From Chthonomonadaceae bacterium (GTDB lineage: Bacteria > Armatimonadota > Chthonomonadetes > Chthonomonadales > Chthonomonadaceae), in NCBI GenBank assembly GCA_035650735.1, contig DASRGZ010000115.1, forward strand, positions 1 through 64,000: DNA of 64,000 nucleotides, read 5' to 3'. The notes beneath the pieces are model-generated. The model saw only the letters and a program-made list of their open reading frames with translations. It had not been told where the DNA came from and made no database searches. Positions 10,368 through 19,747 of this stretch are shown piece after piece. Each line of letters begins with the position of its first letter. Position 1 is the stretch's first letter. The position numbers were made by a program, and so were the translations under genes.

Positions 10368-10880
10368 ATGAGACGAATGTGGATTATCTGCCCGGCGCTG
10401 GCCGCCATCGGCCTATCCTCTTCCGTTGCCGTCTATAAATTCCAGCAGCGCGCGGAGGCCCAGGAAAACGACTATACCACCTGGCAGCCGGATGCCGCCG
10501 CCATTCGGACGGCCCTGGCCGCGCTGCCTGCGGCTTCCGGCGCGCACATTGACGACACCCGCCATAAAGAGTTCGCCCAACTGTTTCAGCGGCGGTTTCG
10601 CACGCACGAACCGGCGATGGCAGTGGGACTGCACTTTCGCAATAATCACCTGATTAAGCTGCTCTGCCCGGCGCGTCTTGAGCCCTGGAATGCCAACCTC
10701 CTGGCCCTCAGCGCCTGGCAGGAAGCCAGGGAAGCTTTCGGGCAGCCCTGGGATGTGGATATCTACGCCACCTATATCGGCATCCCGCCTGTCAAGATCG
10801 GAATGCTGCGTCCACTGCCGGATCACCCGGACATCGCCCGCATCACCTACCGCTATCCCCGGGAGATGCGGTCGCACTAA
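10368..10880 (+). CDS. Hypothetical exported protein
   Basis: GGAGG RBS; N-terminal hydrophobic segment; GC3-rich codon usage. Confidence 0.7.
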   Translation: MRRMWIICPALAAIGLSSSVAVYKFQQRAEAQENDYTTWQPDAAAIRTALAALPAASGAHIDDTRHKEFAQLFQRRFRTHEPAMAVGLHFRNNHLIKLLCPARLEPWNANLLALSAWQEAREAFGQPWDVDIYATYIGIPPVKIGMLRPLPDHPDIARITYRYPREMRSH

Positions 10881-11039
10881 GAGCCTGGCCCCATTGTTTC
10901 GTGGCTCGTGGTCCGTGTCACGAATTACTGCGGTTGCCCTAGGTGCCTATCTCTATAGGACACCGTTGTCTTCTCGCAAGCCTGCCTGCCAGGAGAGGCT
11001 CTTGGTGTAGATGGTGGCGGGAAATCCGAAGGAGAACGC

Positions 11040-11837
11040 ATGGAAGGAAGCCTGGAACCGGGAAGCCGGCGCATCGAGGCAAGCCCTGGCCGTCGGCCTG
11101 TCCCCTTTTCCCGCAGCGATGGCGATCCTATAGAGGAGGACGACCTCACGGCCAGCGCCCTCGGCGAGGTCATCGAAGCCAGTACCACCCGCTTTGTCGC
11201 GCAGTGCCCCCGCGCGCATCTTCATGATCCTCCGGCCTTCGGTGCCTTCGTCAAGGTGATGCCGCCTGATGCGCCCATGGCGGCGCCGGGGGAGGTCGGC
11301 GACATCGGCAGCGCCGACCCGTTCGCCGACCCCAGGCCGCGCGCTCCCCAGGAACTGCCGGTCGGCACGCCTGATGGCGTGATCTACGCGCTGGTCTTTG
11401 CAGCCACCACGGGCAGCCCCGAGCCAGGGCGCCGGCCCACCGCCTACGGCCTGGAGGAGGCACGTCTGCGCCAGGAGCAGCCGCAGATATTCGACCTGCT
11501 GACGACCGAATTTGCCGCGCTGCACCTGGCTTTTGCTCAGGAAGGACGAGTCCGCCTCGACACGCCGCCCCGCCCACCGCGCCTCCACGCCTTTGTCTAT
11601 GCGTGTACGCCGGAAGAGGTCTGTGCGCTCACCGACTCGCCCGATTTTGTGCGCCCCCTGCTGGCAGCGCCGGGCGAGGTCAGCCCGGACGAGCTGATCG
11701 CCGCCTCTCTGCGCCACGCCTATCGGTGCCGCCACGCCGATTTTGCCTTCCTGGTGCGCGCGGGCAAGCAGTTGGCGCAACTGCTGCACGCGGATCCCGA
11801 ACGCCTGACGGCCCTCTTGCGCAAGCTGGAACCATAG
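11040..11837 (+). CDS. HAS-barrel domain protein (type usually linked to HerA/NurA)
   Basis: GEVIEASTTRFVAQC, PPAFGAFVKV, EQPQIFDLLTTEF and PPRPPRLHAFV motifs. Confidence 0.65.
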   Translation: MEGSLEPGSRRIEASPGRRPVPFSRSDGDPIEEDDLTASALGEVIEASTTRFVAQCPRAHLHDPPAFGAFVKVMPPDAPMAAPGEVGDIGSADPFADPRPRAPQELPVGTPDGVIYALVFAATTGSPEPGRRPTAYGLEEARLRQEQPQIFDLLTTEFAALHLAFAQEGRVRLDTPPRPPRLHAFVYACTPEEVCALTDSPDFVRPLLAAPGEVSPDELIAASLRHAYRCRHADFAFLVRAGKQLAQLLHADPERLTALLRKLEP

Positions 11838-12163
11838 TACCAGAGTTGGAAAAAAACGGGGAACGGGAGGACGTCCTGGCCCGTCCAATATCCACCAGGC
11901 CACGGCCGTCTGGAGTCCCGGGAAATCTATGCCCGGCGGGACCCTACCCCGCCGGGCTTTTATTGTAGCGGGCATTTTTTTCAAAAGCGAGCTTTTTTTG
12001 GGAACAAGCGAGGCGAGCGAGTCGTCACTTGAAGCATGCACGAAATACTGCCCGCCATGCCGGAGCCGGTAGGTGGGCCAGCGCCCGATTCCCGCTGAAG
12101 TTGAGTCCCGTTTCGTCGGAAGCTGCCCTCGTCGGCAGCGTTCATTCCAGGAGGAGACTTGCC

Positions 12164-12595
12164 ATGAAGCAGAAGGCTTGCTTTGTCGCCGCGCTTGCGC
12201 TTGTGCTGCTCGCTGCCGGATATACCGGGGCGAAGGCCCAATCCGATCCGCATTCGATCTTCTATGCCTCAAGAGATGTCGCGATCCTGCGGACGGCTGC
12301 CGGTTATCCCACCATCCTTAAGCGCATGGATCGCTTCTATGAGCGCATGGTGGATACCCTGACCATGTATGAGGGCACGATTACGCCTCGCGATTTCTAC
12401 ATTACCCGCCTGCCCAATGGGGAGTATGACATCATGTGCCGCCGTCGGGTCGTGATGACGGTTACCCGCGCGGACGCCCGCTCCTACCATACGACGCCGG
12501 AGAGTCTGGCCCGCCGCTGGATGCGCGGCTTCGCGGATACGATTCCGCAGGTGCAACCGCTAGTAGGCCCGCTCGCGGCGCGAACACTGCGCTAA
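12164..12595 (+). CDS. Hypothetical secreted protein
   Basis: GGAGG RBS; signal peptide ending AKA|Q. Confidence 0.7.
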   Translation: MKQKACFVAALALVLLAAGYTGAKAQSDPHSIFYASRDVAILRTAAGYPTILKRMDRFYERMVDTLTMYEGTITPRDFYITRLPNGEYDIMCRRRVVMTVTRADARSYHTTPESLARRWMRGFADTIPQVQPLVGPLAARTLR

Positions 12596-12750
12596 GACTC
12601 AGGCCGCCGCTCTCCCGCCTTGTATTCAAGCTGTTTCTCCCCTCTTCTAAAATCAGGAGAGGGGAGTTTCTGTTTTCGTGTTATAATAGAGCCGTGGAGC
12701 GCGTCGGCTGCCAGCCGGCAGCCGTGGTGGATGCAAGGAATAAGGCGGGA

Positions 12751-13314
12751 ATGGGGATCTTTAGTGGAGGGCAAAGGCGTCAGTTCGAGCGCCTGGTAAA
12801 ACCGCTTGCCAGGCCGCTGTTCCACGCCGCGCTGCGCCTGACACGCCAGACCGAATGGGCCGAAGACCTGACCCAGGATACCCTCATTCGCGCCTATGAG
12901 CGCTTCGCTCAGTTTGCTCCCGGAACCAATTTCCGCGCCTGGCTGTTCACCATCATGACCCATATCTATTTGAACGACCGCGAGCGCGCCCGCCGCCGCC
13001 CGCTGGCCACTGCCTCCCTCGACGCAGCTGGCGAGGAGGGCACCTCCTGGGAATTCCCTTCTCACGATATCCGCCACGAGCCGGAAGCGTTCCTGCTAGC
13101 CCAGGTGCTGGATGAAGAGCTCCAGGCGGCTGTGGACCGGCTGCCCGAGGAGTTCCGCCTGGCCGTGCTGCTGGTGGACGTTGAAGAGATGTCCTACCAG
13201 GAGGCGGCGGAGGCGCTGAAGGTGCCCATCGGGACGGTACGCTCGCGCGTCTCCCGTGGGCGTGCCCAACTGCGCCAGTGGCTCTGTCGTGCCCCCAATA
13301 CCAGTCCCTCTTAA
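12751..13314 (+). CDS. ECF sigma-70 family RNA polymerase sigma factor
   Basis: AEDLTQDTLIRAY, NFRAWLFTI and SYQEAAEALKVPIGTVRSRVSRGR (regions 2 and 4). Confidence 0.92.
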   Translation: MGIFSGGQRRQFERLVKPLARPLFHAALRLTRQTEWAEDLTQDTLIRAYERFAQFAPGTNFRAWLFTIMTHIYLNDRERARRRPLATASLDAAGEEGTSWEFPSHDIRHEPEAFLLAQVLDEELQAAVDRLPEEFRLAVLLVDVEEMSYQEAAEALKVPIGTVRSRVSRGRAQLRQWLCRAPNTSPS

Positions 13315-13647
13315 CAACGCTCCCCTGCTCTGAAAATAGGCCCCCACCCCCTCCCCCAAGAACAGGGGAGGGGAGAGTCGTTTTGATGCGAGAGGGTGCG
13401 CCCCGCGCATGGATGACTGCTCTGAAAATAGCCAGCAAAGCTTTCCCCTTGTCTGCTATTTTCATTCCTGCGATGGTGAGCAAAGCGCTCATGCTGCCTG
13501 TCTGCGGTTTCGGGAACGTTTTTGGCGCTGCAACTGTTTAGCACTTGCAGGCAGGAGTAGCGGCGCCTCATTTGGCCCCAATAAGAAGGCAAGTTGTTTT
13601 CAGCAACCGGCTTGGCGCCGGAAATCAGGAGAGGCAAAAGGGCAACG

Positions 13648-14445
13648 ATGCTTGGGTGTGAGGCGGTTCGGGATGCGCTTGCTGCGTATCAGGATGATGA
13701 ACTTGAAGCCAGGGATCAGGCGGAGATAGCGGCCCATCTGGAGCAGTGTGAGACCTGCCGTCAGCACGCGCAGGCACAGGCAGCCCTATGTCGTCGGCTG
13801 CGCGGTCTGAAACGGCGGCCTGCCGAGGTGGCGCTGCCGCCGCATATCTGGGCTAACGCCACGCGCGCCTGGAAGTGCCAGGATGCAGCGCGGTCACGCT
13901 CGGTTCGCCTCCGGCTGGCACTGGTTGGGGTGTGCCTGTTGCTGATTACCTTCGGGACGGTGTGGGCGGGCCTGGCGGCCCCACGGGACTTTCCGGTCAC
14001 GGCGGCAATGAATGATTTCCGCTATGCGCTGCAACATACGGTTATGCCCGCCTACCCCACGACCGACGCAGATAGAGCCGCGAAATGGCTGCGCGCCCAG
14101 CTCAAAGCGGATGTGCCTCCACTCAACCTCTCTCTCTCCCGTGCGCAACTGATCGGCGCGGATGTGCTGCAGACCCCTTCCTTGCGGCTCGGGCGCCTGC
14201 TATATCGCAGCCAGGGCAGGCTGCTTGCGATCTATATTGCGCCGCGCGGCATCCAGTTTCCGCGCCTGCGCACTGTGGTCATGGAGGGCCGCGAATTTTC
14301 GATAATGGATAACGCCAGAGATATCGGCTTCTATGGCTGGGCGCAGGATTTCCTGGGTTACGGGCTGTTAACGCCACAGCCGATGTCCGCAGGCGCCGAT
14401 AGCGCTCTGGATGCCCGGCGCGTCTCTGAGCCCCCCGGGAGATAG
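13648..14445 (+). CDS. Zinc-finger (zf-HC2) transmembrane anti-sigma factor
   Basis: HLEQCETC (HxxxCxxC) motif; one TM helix; downstream of the ECF sigma. Confidence 0.85.
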   Translation: MLGCEAVRDALAAYQDDELEARDQAEIAAHLEQCETCRQHAQAQAALCRRLRGLKRRPAEVALPPHIWANATRAWKCQDAARSRSVRLRLALVGVCLLLITFGTVWAGLAAPRDFPVTAAMNDFRYALQHTVMPAYPTTDADRAAKWLRAQLKADVPPLNLSLSRAQLIGADVLQTPSLRLGRLLYRSQGRLLAIYIAPRGIQFPRLRTVVMEGREFSIMDNARDIGFYGWAQDFLGYGLLTPQPMSAGADSALDARRVSEPPGR

Positions 14446-14525
14446 CTCGCGGCTTTGCTGTTTCCCTCAACCTCCTGTTCTCTTCTCCCCTCCCCGAAAA
14501 ATCCTCCGACCTTGACCGGGTTTTT

Positions 14526-14563
14526 GCAACCGGATTGACGTTTGGCCCGTCATGGACTATAAT
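14526..14563 (+). promoter_or_regulatory. Overlapping sigma70-type and ECF-type promoter candidates upstream of the FHA gene
   Basis: TTGACG-N17-TATAAT (14535-14563) and GCAACC-N16-CGTC (14526-14551). Confidence 0.55.
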
Positions 14564-14711
14564 GGAAAGGATGGCCTGGGGGCCGATGCGGCAGGCTCTG
14601 GTCCCGCTTCCTCCAACCGGTGTTTTCCCTCACCCTGAAAAGCGATGCCTCTTCCCAAGCTTGGACGTTGGAAGCGCAATCCAGATACCGGGCTTCTAAG
14701 GTGAATACGCA

Positions 14712-16034
14712 ATGGATTTGTTTGAGAAGATCAATCGTTCCTTCGGCTCCTGGTACGAAGGACTGTTTGGCGGCAGTGACGACGTGCGGCCCAAAGACAT
14801 CCTGCGGCGCATCCTGACCGCCATGGAAGATCACCGCAAAGAAGGCTTCGACAACCGCATCTACGTCCCCAACCAGTACATTCTTGAGATCGCGGTGGAC
14901 GACGAGGAGGAGAAAGAGTATCTGCTCTCCTTCCTGGACCGCGACGAGCTCGAAGCCGCCATCCGCCGCTACTGCCAGCAGAACCACTACCATATTCGGG
15001 GCGCCCTGGACTTCACCATTAAAGAGGTCGAGGACCTGGAGCGCGGCCCTGGCAGGCGGGAAAAGGTGCGCGTTCGCTGCCGCTACAACACCAAGATTAC
15101 GGCCCCGGAAGCCGCGCCTGCCGCGCCAACGACGCCTGCTGTGGCGGGACGCGCGCCGCTGCCCATGCCTGCCGACGAGGATCGCACCGTCGCCAGCGTG
15201 TTCGGGCTGGAGGAGAGCGGCGAGGAGACCGGCACCGTGCCGGCAGTTGCCTATGCCGCGCTCGTCGTCTATGCCCCGGATCGCCCGCCCTTCCGCTATC
15301 CCATCGCGCGTGCCGCGATCACCCTCGGGCGGTCCGCCAAGGCGGGCAACGACCTGGTGCTTGAAAGCGACGGCCAGATCTCCAAGCGGCACGCTCGCAT
15401 CGAGTTGGACCCGGATGGGCGCTTCACTCTCTACGACCTGGGCAGCACCAACGGCACGAAAGTCAACGGGCGGCGCGTGGACAATCGCACCCTAAACGAC
15501 GGCGACGAGATCCAGATCGGCGCGACCCGTATCACCTTCCAGCAGTCGCCCATCGAAGCGGAACACGACGCTGCGGCCCCGGCAGCCGCGCCCTCTGCCG
15601 CCACGCCGTCTCCCGTCCCCTCGGCGGGACCGGGCCGCTCGCAGGGCGCGTTCGGCGGGGCTGCCGCCCGTTATCGCGGCGCGGAGGCCGGCAGCAGTTC
15701 CGATGTGCCGCCGTCGCGCGTGCTGCGTTCGCGCGTCGCCCGCCTGGTGCTGACCGAGAACGGGGAGGATGTGGACGATTTCCTGCTGGCCTCGGAGACG
15801 CTCATCGGGCGCGGCGTGACTAACGATATTGTCCTGCCGGATCGCTCCATTAGCACGCGGCACGCGCGCATCATCCATGATGCCGACGGCTATGCCCTCG
15901 AAAATCTGGCCGAAACCGCCGGGGCGACCACGCTCAACGGTGCGCCCGTTCCGCCGGGACAGCCAGCCCCGCTCAAGGATGGCGACCGCATTGGCCTGGG
16001 CAATCTGACGCTGCGCTTTGAGGCCGGCACGTAA
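14712..16034 (+). CDS. FhaA-like protein (DUF3662 plus two FHA domains)
   Basis: N-terminal VRPKDILRRI..YVPNQY; FHA motifs GR..ISKRHA..DLGSTNGT and GRGVTND..ISTRHA. Confidence 0.88.
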   Translation: MDLFEKINRSFGSWYEGLFGGSDDVRPKDILRRILTAMEDHRKEGFDNRIYVPNQYILEIAVDDEEEKEYLLSFLDRDELEAAIRRYCQQNHYHIRGALDFTIKEVEDLERGPGRREKVRVRCRYNTKITAPEAAPAAPTTPAVAGRAPLPMPADEDRTVASVFGLEESGEETGTVPAVAYAALVVYAPDRPPFRYPIARAAITLGRSAKAGNDLVLESDGQISKRHARIELDPDGRFTLYDLGSTNGTKVNGRRVDNRTLNDGDEIQIGATRITFQQSPIEAEHDAAAPAAAPSAATPSPVPSAGPGRSQGAFGGAAARYRGAEAGSSSDVPPSRVLRSRVARLVLTENGEDVDDFLLASETLIGRGVTNDIVLPDRSISTRHARIIHDADGYALENLAETAGATTLNGAPVPPGQPAPLKDGDRIGLGNLTLRFEAGT

Positions 16035-16114
16035 ATAGCCCTGGCCCCTGTCCCCTTCCCTGGGGCTCACAGGGATAGGTAAGCGGAAGCCGAGCGAAGA
16101 GAGGGCGATATGCA

Positions 16115-17264
16115 ATGGAGCGCAAGGCGGCGAAGGAGCGGAAATTTGAAGTTGGTGTCGTCGTGGCGCTGGTGGCTCAAATCATTCTCATCGGTTGCTA
16201 CTTCAATCGCCAGATAGGAGCCTCGCGCTGGCTTCAACGCCCCGCTGGCTCCCCAATAAAGAAGTTTCAGGGACATACCAAAACCGTCTATGTCGCCTTT
16301 AGTCCCGACGGTCAGATATTGGCTACCGCCAGCCATGACGCCACGATCAAGCTCTGGAGCGTGCCCACCGGGAAGACGCTGCGTACTTTGACAGGCCACA
16401 CAGATGCGATCTGGATTGTGGCCTTCTCCCCGGATGGCAAGTTCCTGGCTACCGGCAGCCTGGATGATACCGCCAGGCTCTGGGAAGTAAGCACCGGAAA
16501 GTGTCTCCATACGCTGCGGGGACATACGCTCAGTGTCCATTCGGTAGCCTTCTCTCCAGACGGCAAACTGCTGGCTACAGGCTCATATGACGATGCCATT
16601 CGGCTCTGGGATGTGGCTACCGGGAAAGTGGTACATAACCCAAGTTGCTACCTAGGAACACGTTTGAGAGAGAATCGCTCTGGAAACCGGCTTTTGCATC
16701 ACCGTTTGCCTTCTCGAAGAGGCAAGGTAGCAACTTGAGTTACATACTCTTGCCGAGTCGATGGCGGTCGAGGCGGTTGCCTTCTCTCCGGATGGTACGC
16801 TTCTAGCCACCGCTAGCTTTGACCATACCATCAAGCTCTGGAGTACCCGTACCTGGCAGCGCGTGCGTACCCTGCCCGGATCTCGTGACGATAATGTCGA
16901 TACCTTAGCCTTCTCTCCGGATGGGAAGCTGTTGGCTAGTGGAAGCTGGGACAGCACCGTCCAGGTCTGGGAGGTGGCTACGGGGAAGGAAGTGCATACG
17001 CTCAACGGGCACTGGGCAGATGTGGCGTCCGTGGCCTTCTCTCCGGATGGAAAGCTGTTGGCTAGTGGAAGCGCGGATGCCACTGTCAAGCTATGGGATG
17101 TGGCTACAGGGCGCGAGAGAAGAACAATTACTCCTGACGTTAGTCTCGTCTATTCGGTGGCGTTCTGCCCGGATGGGACCTGTTTGGCTGTGGGCGGCTT
17201 TACAGGCGTTGCGGAACTGTGGGCACTGGAGAGCAGAAAAAGTCGGGCGAAAAACAGCCCGTGA
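16115..17264 (+). pseudogene. Membrane-anchored WD40-repeat protein disrupted by a MITE
   Basis: VAFSPDG..LAT/S..D..W repeats in both halves. Removing 16638-16746 restores GKVVHTLAESMAVEAVAFSPDG in one frame. Confidence 0.9.
16638..16740. mobile_element. 103-bp MITE (family M1), copy 1 (inverted relative to copies 2 and 3)
   Basis: IRs ACCCAAGTTGCTACCT / AGGTAGCAACTTGAGT; flanking duplication TACATA. Confidence 0.92.
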
Positions 17265-17397
17265 GCGTCCGTGTCAAAGAAGAGAGATGCCTTGCAGGGG
17301 GCGCGTTTGTCGGGAATTCTGGCGCAATAGTAAGGATTCGAGAAGAACGGCATAAGGCGCGGGACAGCATTTACCCTCAAGCAGGATGAGGTAAGCC

Positions 17398-17532
17398 ATG
17401 AGCAAGACCGAACAGCGTACTTATACTGTTCTCTACGAGAAAGGCCCGACTGGATGGGGCGCCTACGTTCCGGATTTCGACGGCTGCATCGCTATTCCAG
17501 AATTGACGACTATCCAGCCCTATCTACGATGA
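17398..17532 (+). pseudogene. Truncated HicB-like antitoxin
   Basis: GAGG RBS; MSKTEQRTYTVLYEKGPTGWGAYVPDFDGCIA matches the HicB N-terminal pattern, then diverges and stops after 44 aa. Confidence 0.6.
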
Positions 17533-17776
17533 GTAACGAACTGCCAGGACTGACCGTCATACAGGCCGCACAGCGGCTGGTCATCTCCGAGCGCGCTCTG
17601 GGCGATACGGGGCAGCTCGATAAAAGACACCTATGATTCTACTGGGATTGTTGCGCTATGCGCTGCTGGCCGGCTTCTTGCTGTTTCTCTTGCTGCTCGT
17701 CCAGTTGATGCGCCGAGATCTAGAATAGTCTATATCTTTTCACCGGGCTGCCAGGCAGCCCGAATCTTATCGCTGC

Positions 17777-19393
17777 GTGGAAACAAACACGGTGAGTCTT
17801 TCGATAGCCTTTAAGACCGACGTCGGGCGCAAACGGGAAATCAATGAGGACAGCTATGCTGTTCTGGGCCGCCAGCAACTCGGTCAAAAATTCGATAGCC
17901 TGATTGTCGTCGCCGACGGCATGGGCGGGGGACGCAGCGGCGATGTCGCCTCCAGCATCGTCGCACAGGCAGTGCCCGAAACCATCCATGAGTTCCTCTA
18001 TGACCGCAACGGCGCTAACGGCGCTTTAGATCCCGTTCGCCTGCTGCGCGACGCGCTGGTGCGCGCCAACCATCTGGTCTGGATGCGCGCCACCGAGCGG
18101 CAGTTGCGCGGCATGGGAACGACCTGCGTCGCCGCCATCGTCAAGGAGAATGCGCTCTTCATCGGCAACGTGGGCGACAGCCGCGCCTACCTGCTGCGGG
18201 AAGGCAAGCTCAGCCAGCTCACCGAAGACCATTCGGAAGTCTGGCAGCAGGTCAAGGCCGGAAATATGACGCGTGAGGAGGCGGGCCGCAGCCGCTTCCG
18301 GAACCGAATCACGCGCGCCCTCGGCCTCAAGCCGGAGGTCCTGCCCGACATCTATCCGGTGACGCTGCAAGAGGGCGATACCCTGCTGCTCTGCACCGAC
18401 GGCCTGACCACCGAAGTGAGCGATAGCGCGATTGCCCGTATTCTCGCCACCGCTCCGGACGCCCAGGAGGCGTGCGACCGCCTGGTAACGACGGCGCTCC
18501 GGCATGGCGGCTCGGACAACGTGACGGTGGTCGTCCTGCGCTATGGCTCCTTCACTCCGCTCGCGCTGCCCGAGGAGTCCCTTGAAGAGGACGACGAACT
18601 GCCGACCGACCCCGATCAGGACTGGCGGCTTGCCGCTGTGCAGGATATGGCCCCGGACGACGAGGCTATAGACGAAGAGGAGGAGGACGCCGTGGATATA
18701 GACAGCCCGCCCACGGTGAGGCGCCGTGGGAAGGCGGAGAATGCGGAGATGCACGCCGCGCTCGGTGGAGGCGGCCTGGCGATAACGCTGATCCTGATAC
18801 TGGCGCTGCTGGTGATCGCGGAGGGCAGCGCGCTCTACCTAGCCTTGCAGCACCGCGTCGTCACTCCGCCGGCTCCGCCAATGCCCCGGGCTCCTGTAGA
18901 GCAGAAGCCGACCGACGGCCAGCTTATCTACACCGTCCCCAACGGGCTTCTGTCCCAGCCGGTGCGCAATGATCCGCTGGTGATGGACGCCCAGGGATAC
19001 CTCTATGTCCTCTCGGCTACCAATGGCCGGATACTCAAGGTAGACCCGAAGAAGGGGACGGCTACGCCCGTAATCCGCACCTCTGTCGGGCCAGACCCTT
19101 TCCTGGTATCCGGGGAGAAGTCGGCGCCAAAGACGTTCTACTTTGCCTTCGACGCCAGCGGGAACCGCTATCAGACCAACCCGCAGCAGAAAAGTATTGA
19201 TGTCTACCAGGGCCAGACGCGCGTCAAGCAGATCGCCAAAGGCCGTCTCAAGGCGCCCGCCAGCCTCCTCGTAGACTATTTCGGCAATATCTACGTCATT
19301 GACGATCACTACCTGTATAAGATCGAAGCCTATCCCCCTCTGGAGCAACAGCGCGAGAAAAATAAACCACAGGGCGAGGAGATTGTCCCCTGA
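17777..19393 (+). CDS. PP2C-family (Stp1/PstP-like) Ser/Thr phosphatase with TM helix and NHL-like extracellular domain
   Basis: TDVGRKREINED, VADGMGG, GMGTT, NVGDSRAY, LLCTDGL and GGSDNVT motifs. Confidence 0.92.
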   Translation: METNTVSLSIAFKTDVGRKREINEDSYAVLGRQQLGQKFDSLIVVADGMGGGRSGDVASSIVAQAVPETIHEFLYDRNGANGALDPVRLLRDALVRANHLVWMRATERQLRGMGTTCVAAIVKENALFIGNVGDSRAYLLREGKLSQLTEDHSEVWQQVKAGNMTREEAGRSRFRNRITRALGLKPEVLPDIYPVTLQEGDTLLLCTDGLTTEVSDSAIARILATAPDAQEACDRLVTTALRHGGSDNVTVVVLRYGSFTPLALPEESLEEDDELPTDPDQDWRLAAVQDMAPDDEAIDEEEEDAVDIDSPPTVRRRGKAENAEMHAALGGGGLAITLILILALLVIAEGSALYLALQHRVVTPPAPPMPRAPVEQKPTDGQLIYTVPNGLLSQPVRNDPLVMDAQGYLYVLSATNGRILKVDPKKGTATPVIRTSVGPDPFLVSGEKSAPKTFYFAFDASGNRYQTNPQQKSIDVYQGQTRVKQIAKGRLKAPASLLVDYFGNIYVIDDHYLYKIEAYPPLEQQREKNKPQGEEIVP

Positions 19394-19747
19394 GAAAGTG
19401 TACGGGCTCTGGCTGCGCCCGACCCTAAAGGACCGGGCTGTGTCGCGAGGCGGAGGGGTGTGGCAAGGCAAAGCCGTGTCGCAAGGTGTCGCAAGGCGGA
19501 GGCAAGGGCCGTAACCTTGCCGACCCTGGCAGTCGGCAAGCCCCCTGAGGGAGGCTGCGCCGGGGGGATCGGTTCCTAGCAAGGGGCAAAGGCGCCCAAA
19601 CGATCTGTCTGGAGAGCTTCCCACAGGAGCTAACTCACCTCTCTTAGCCCGCTTTAGCGGGCTTGCCGTCCGCAGCCCACCCCTTCAGGGGTGGCTGCCA
19701 GCCTGCAGACCTTGTCTCAGGGACCCCAGGGATGGTTCGGAACTGCG

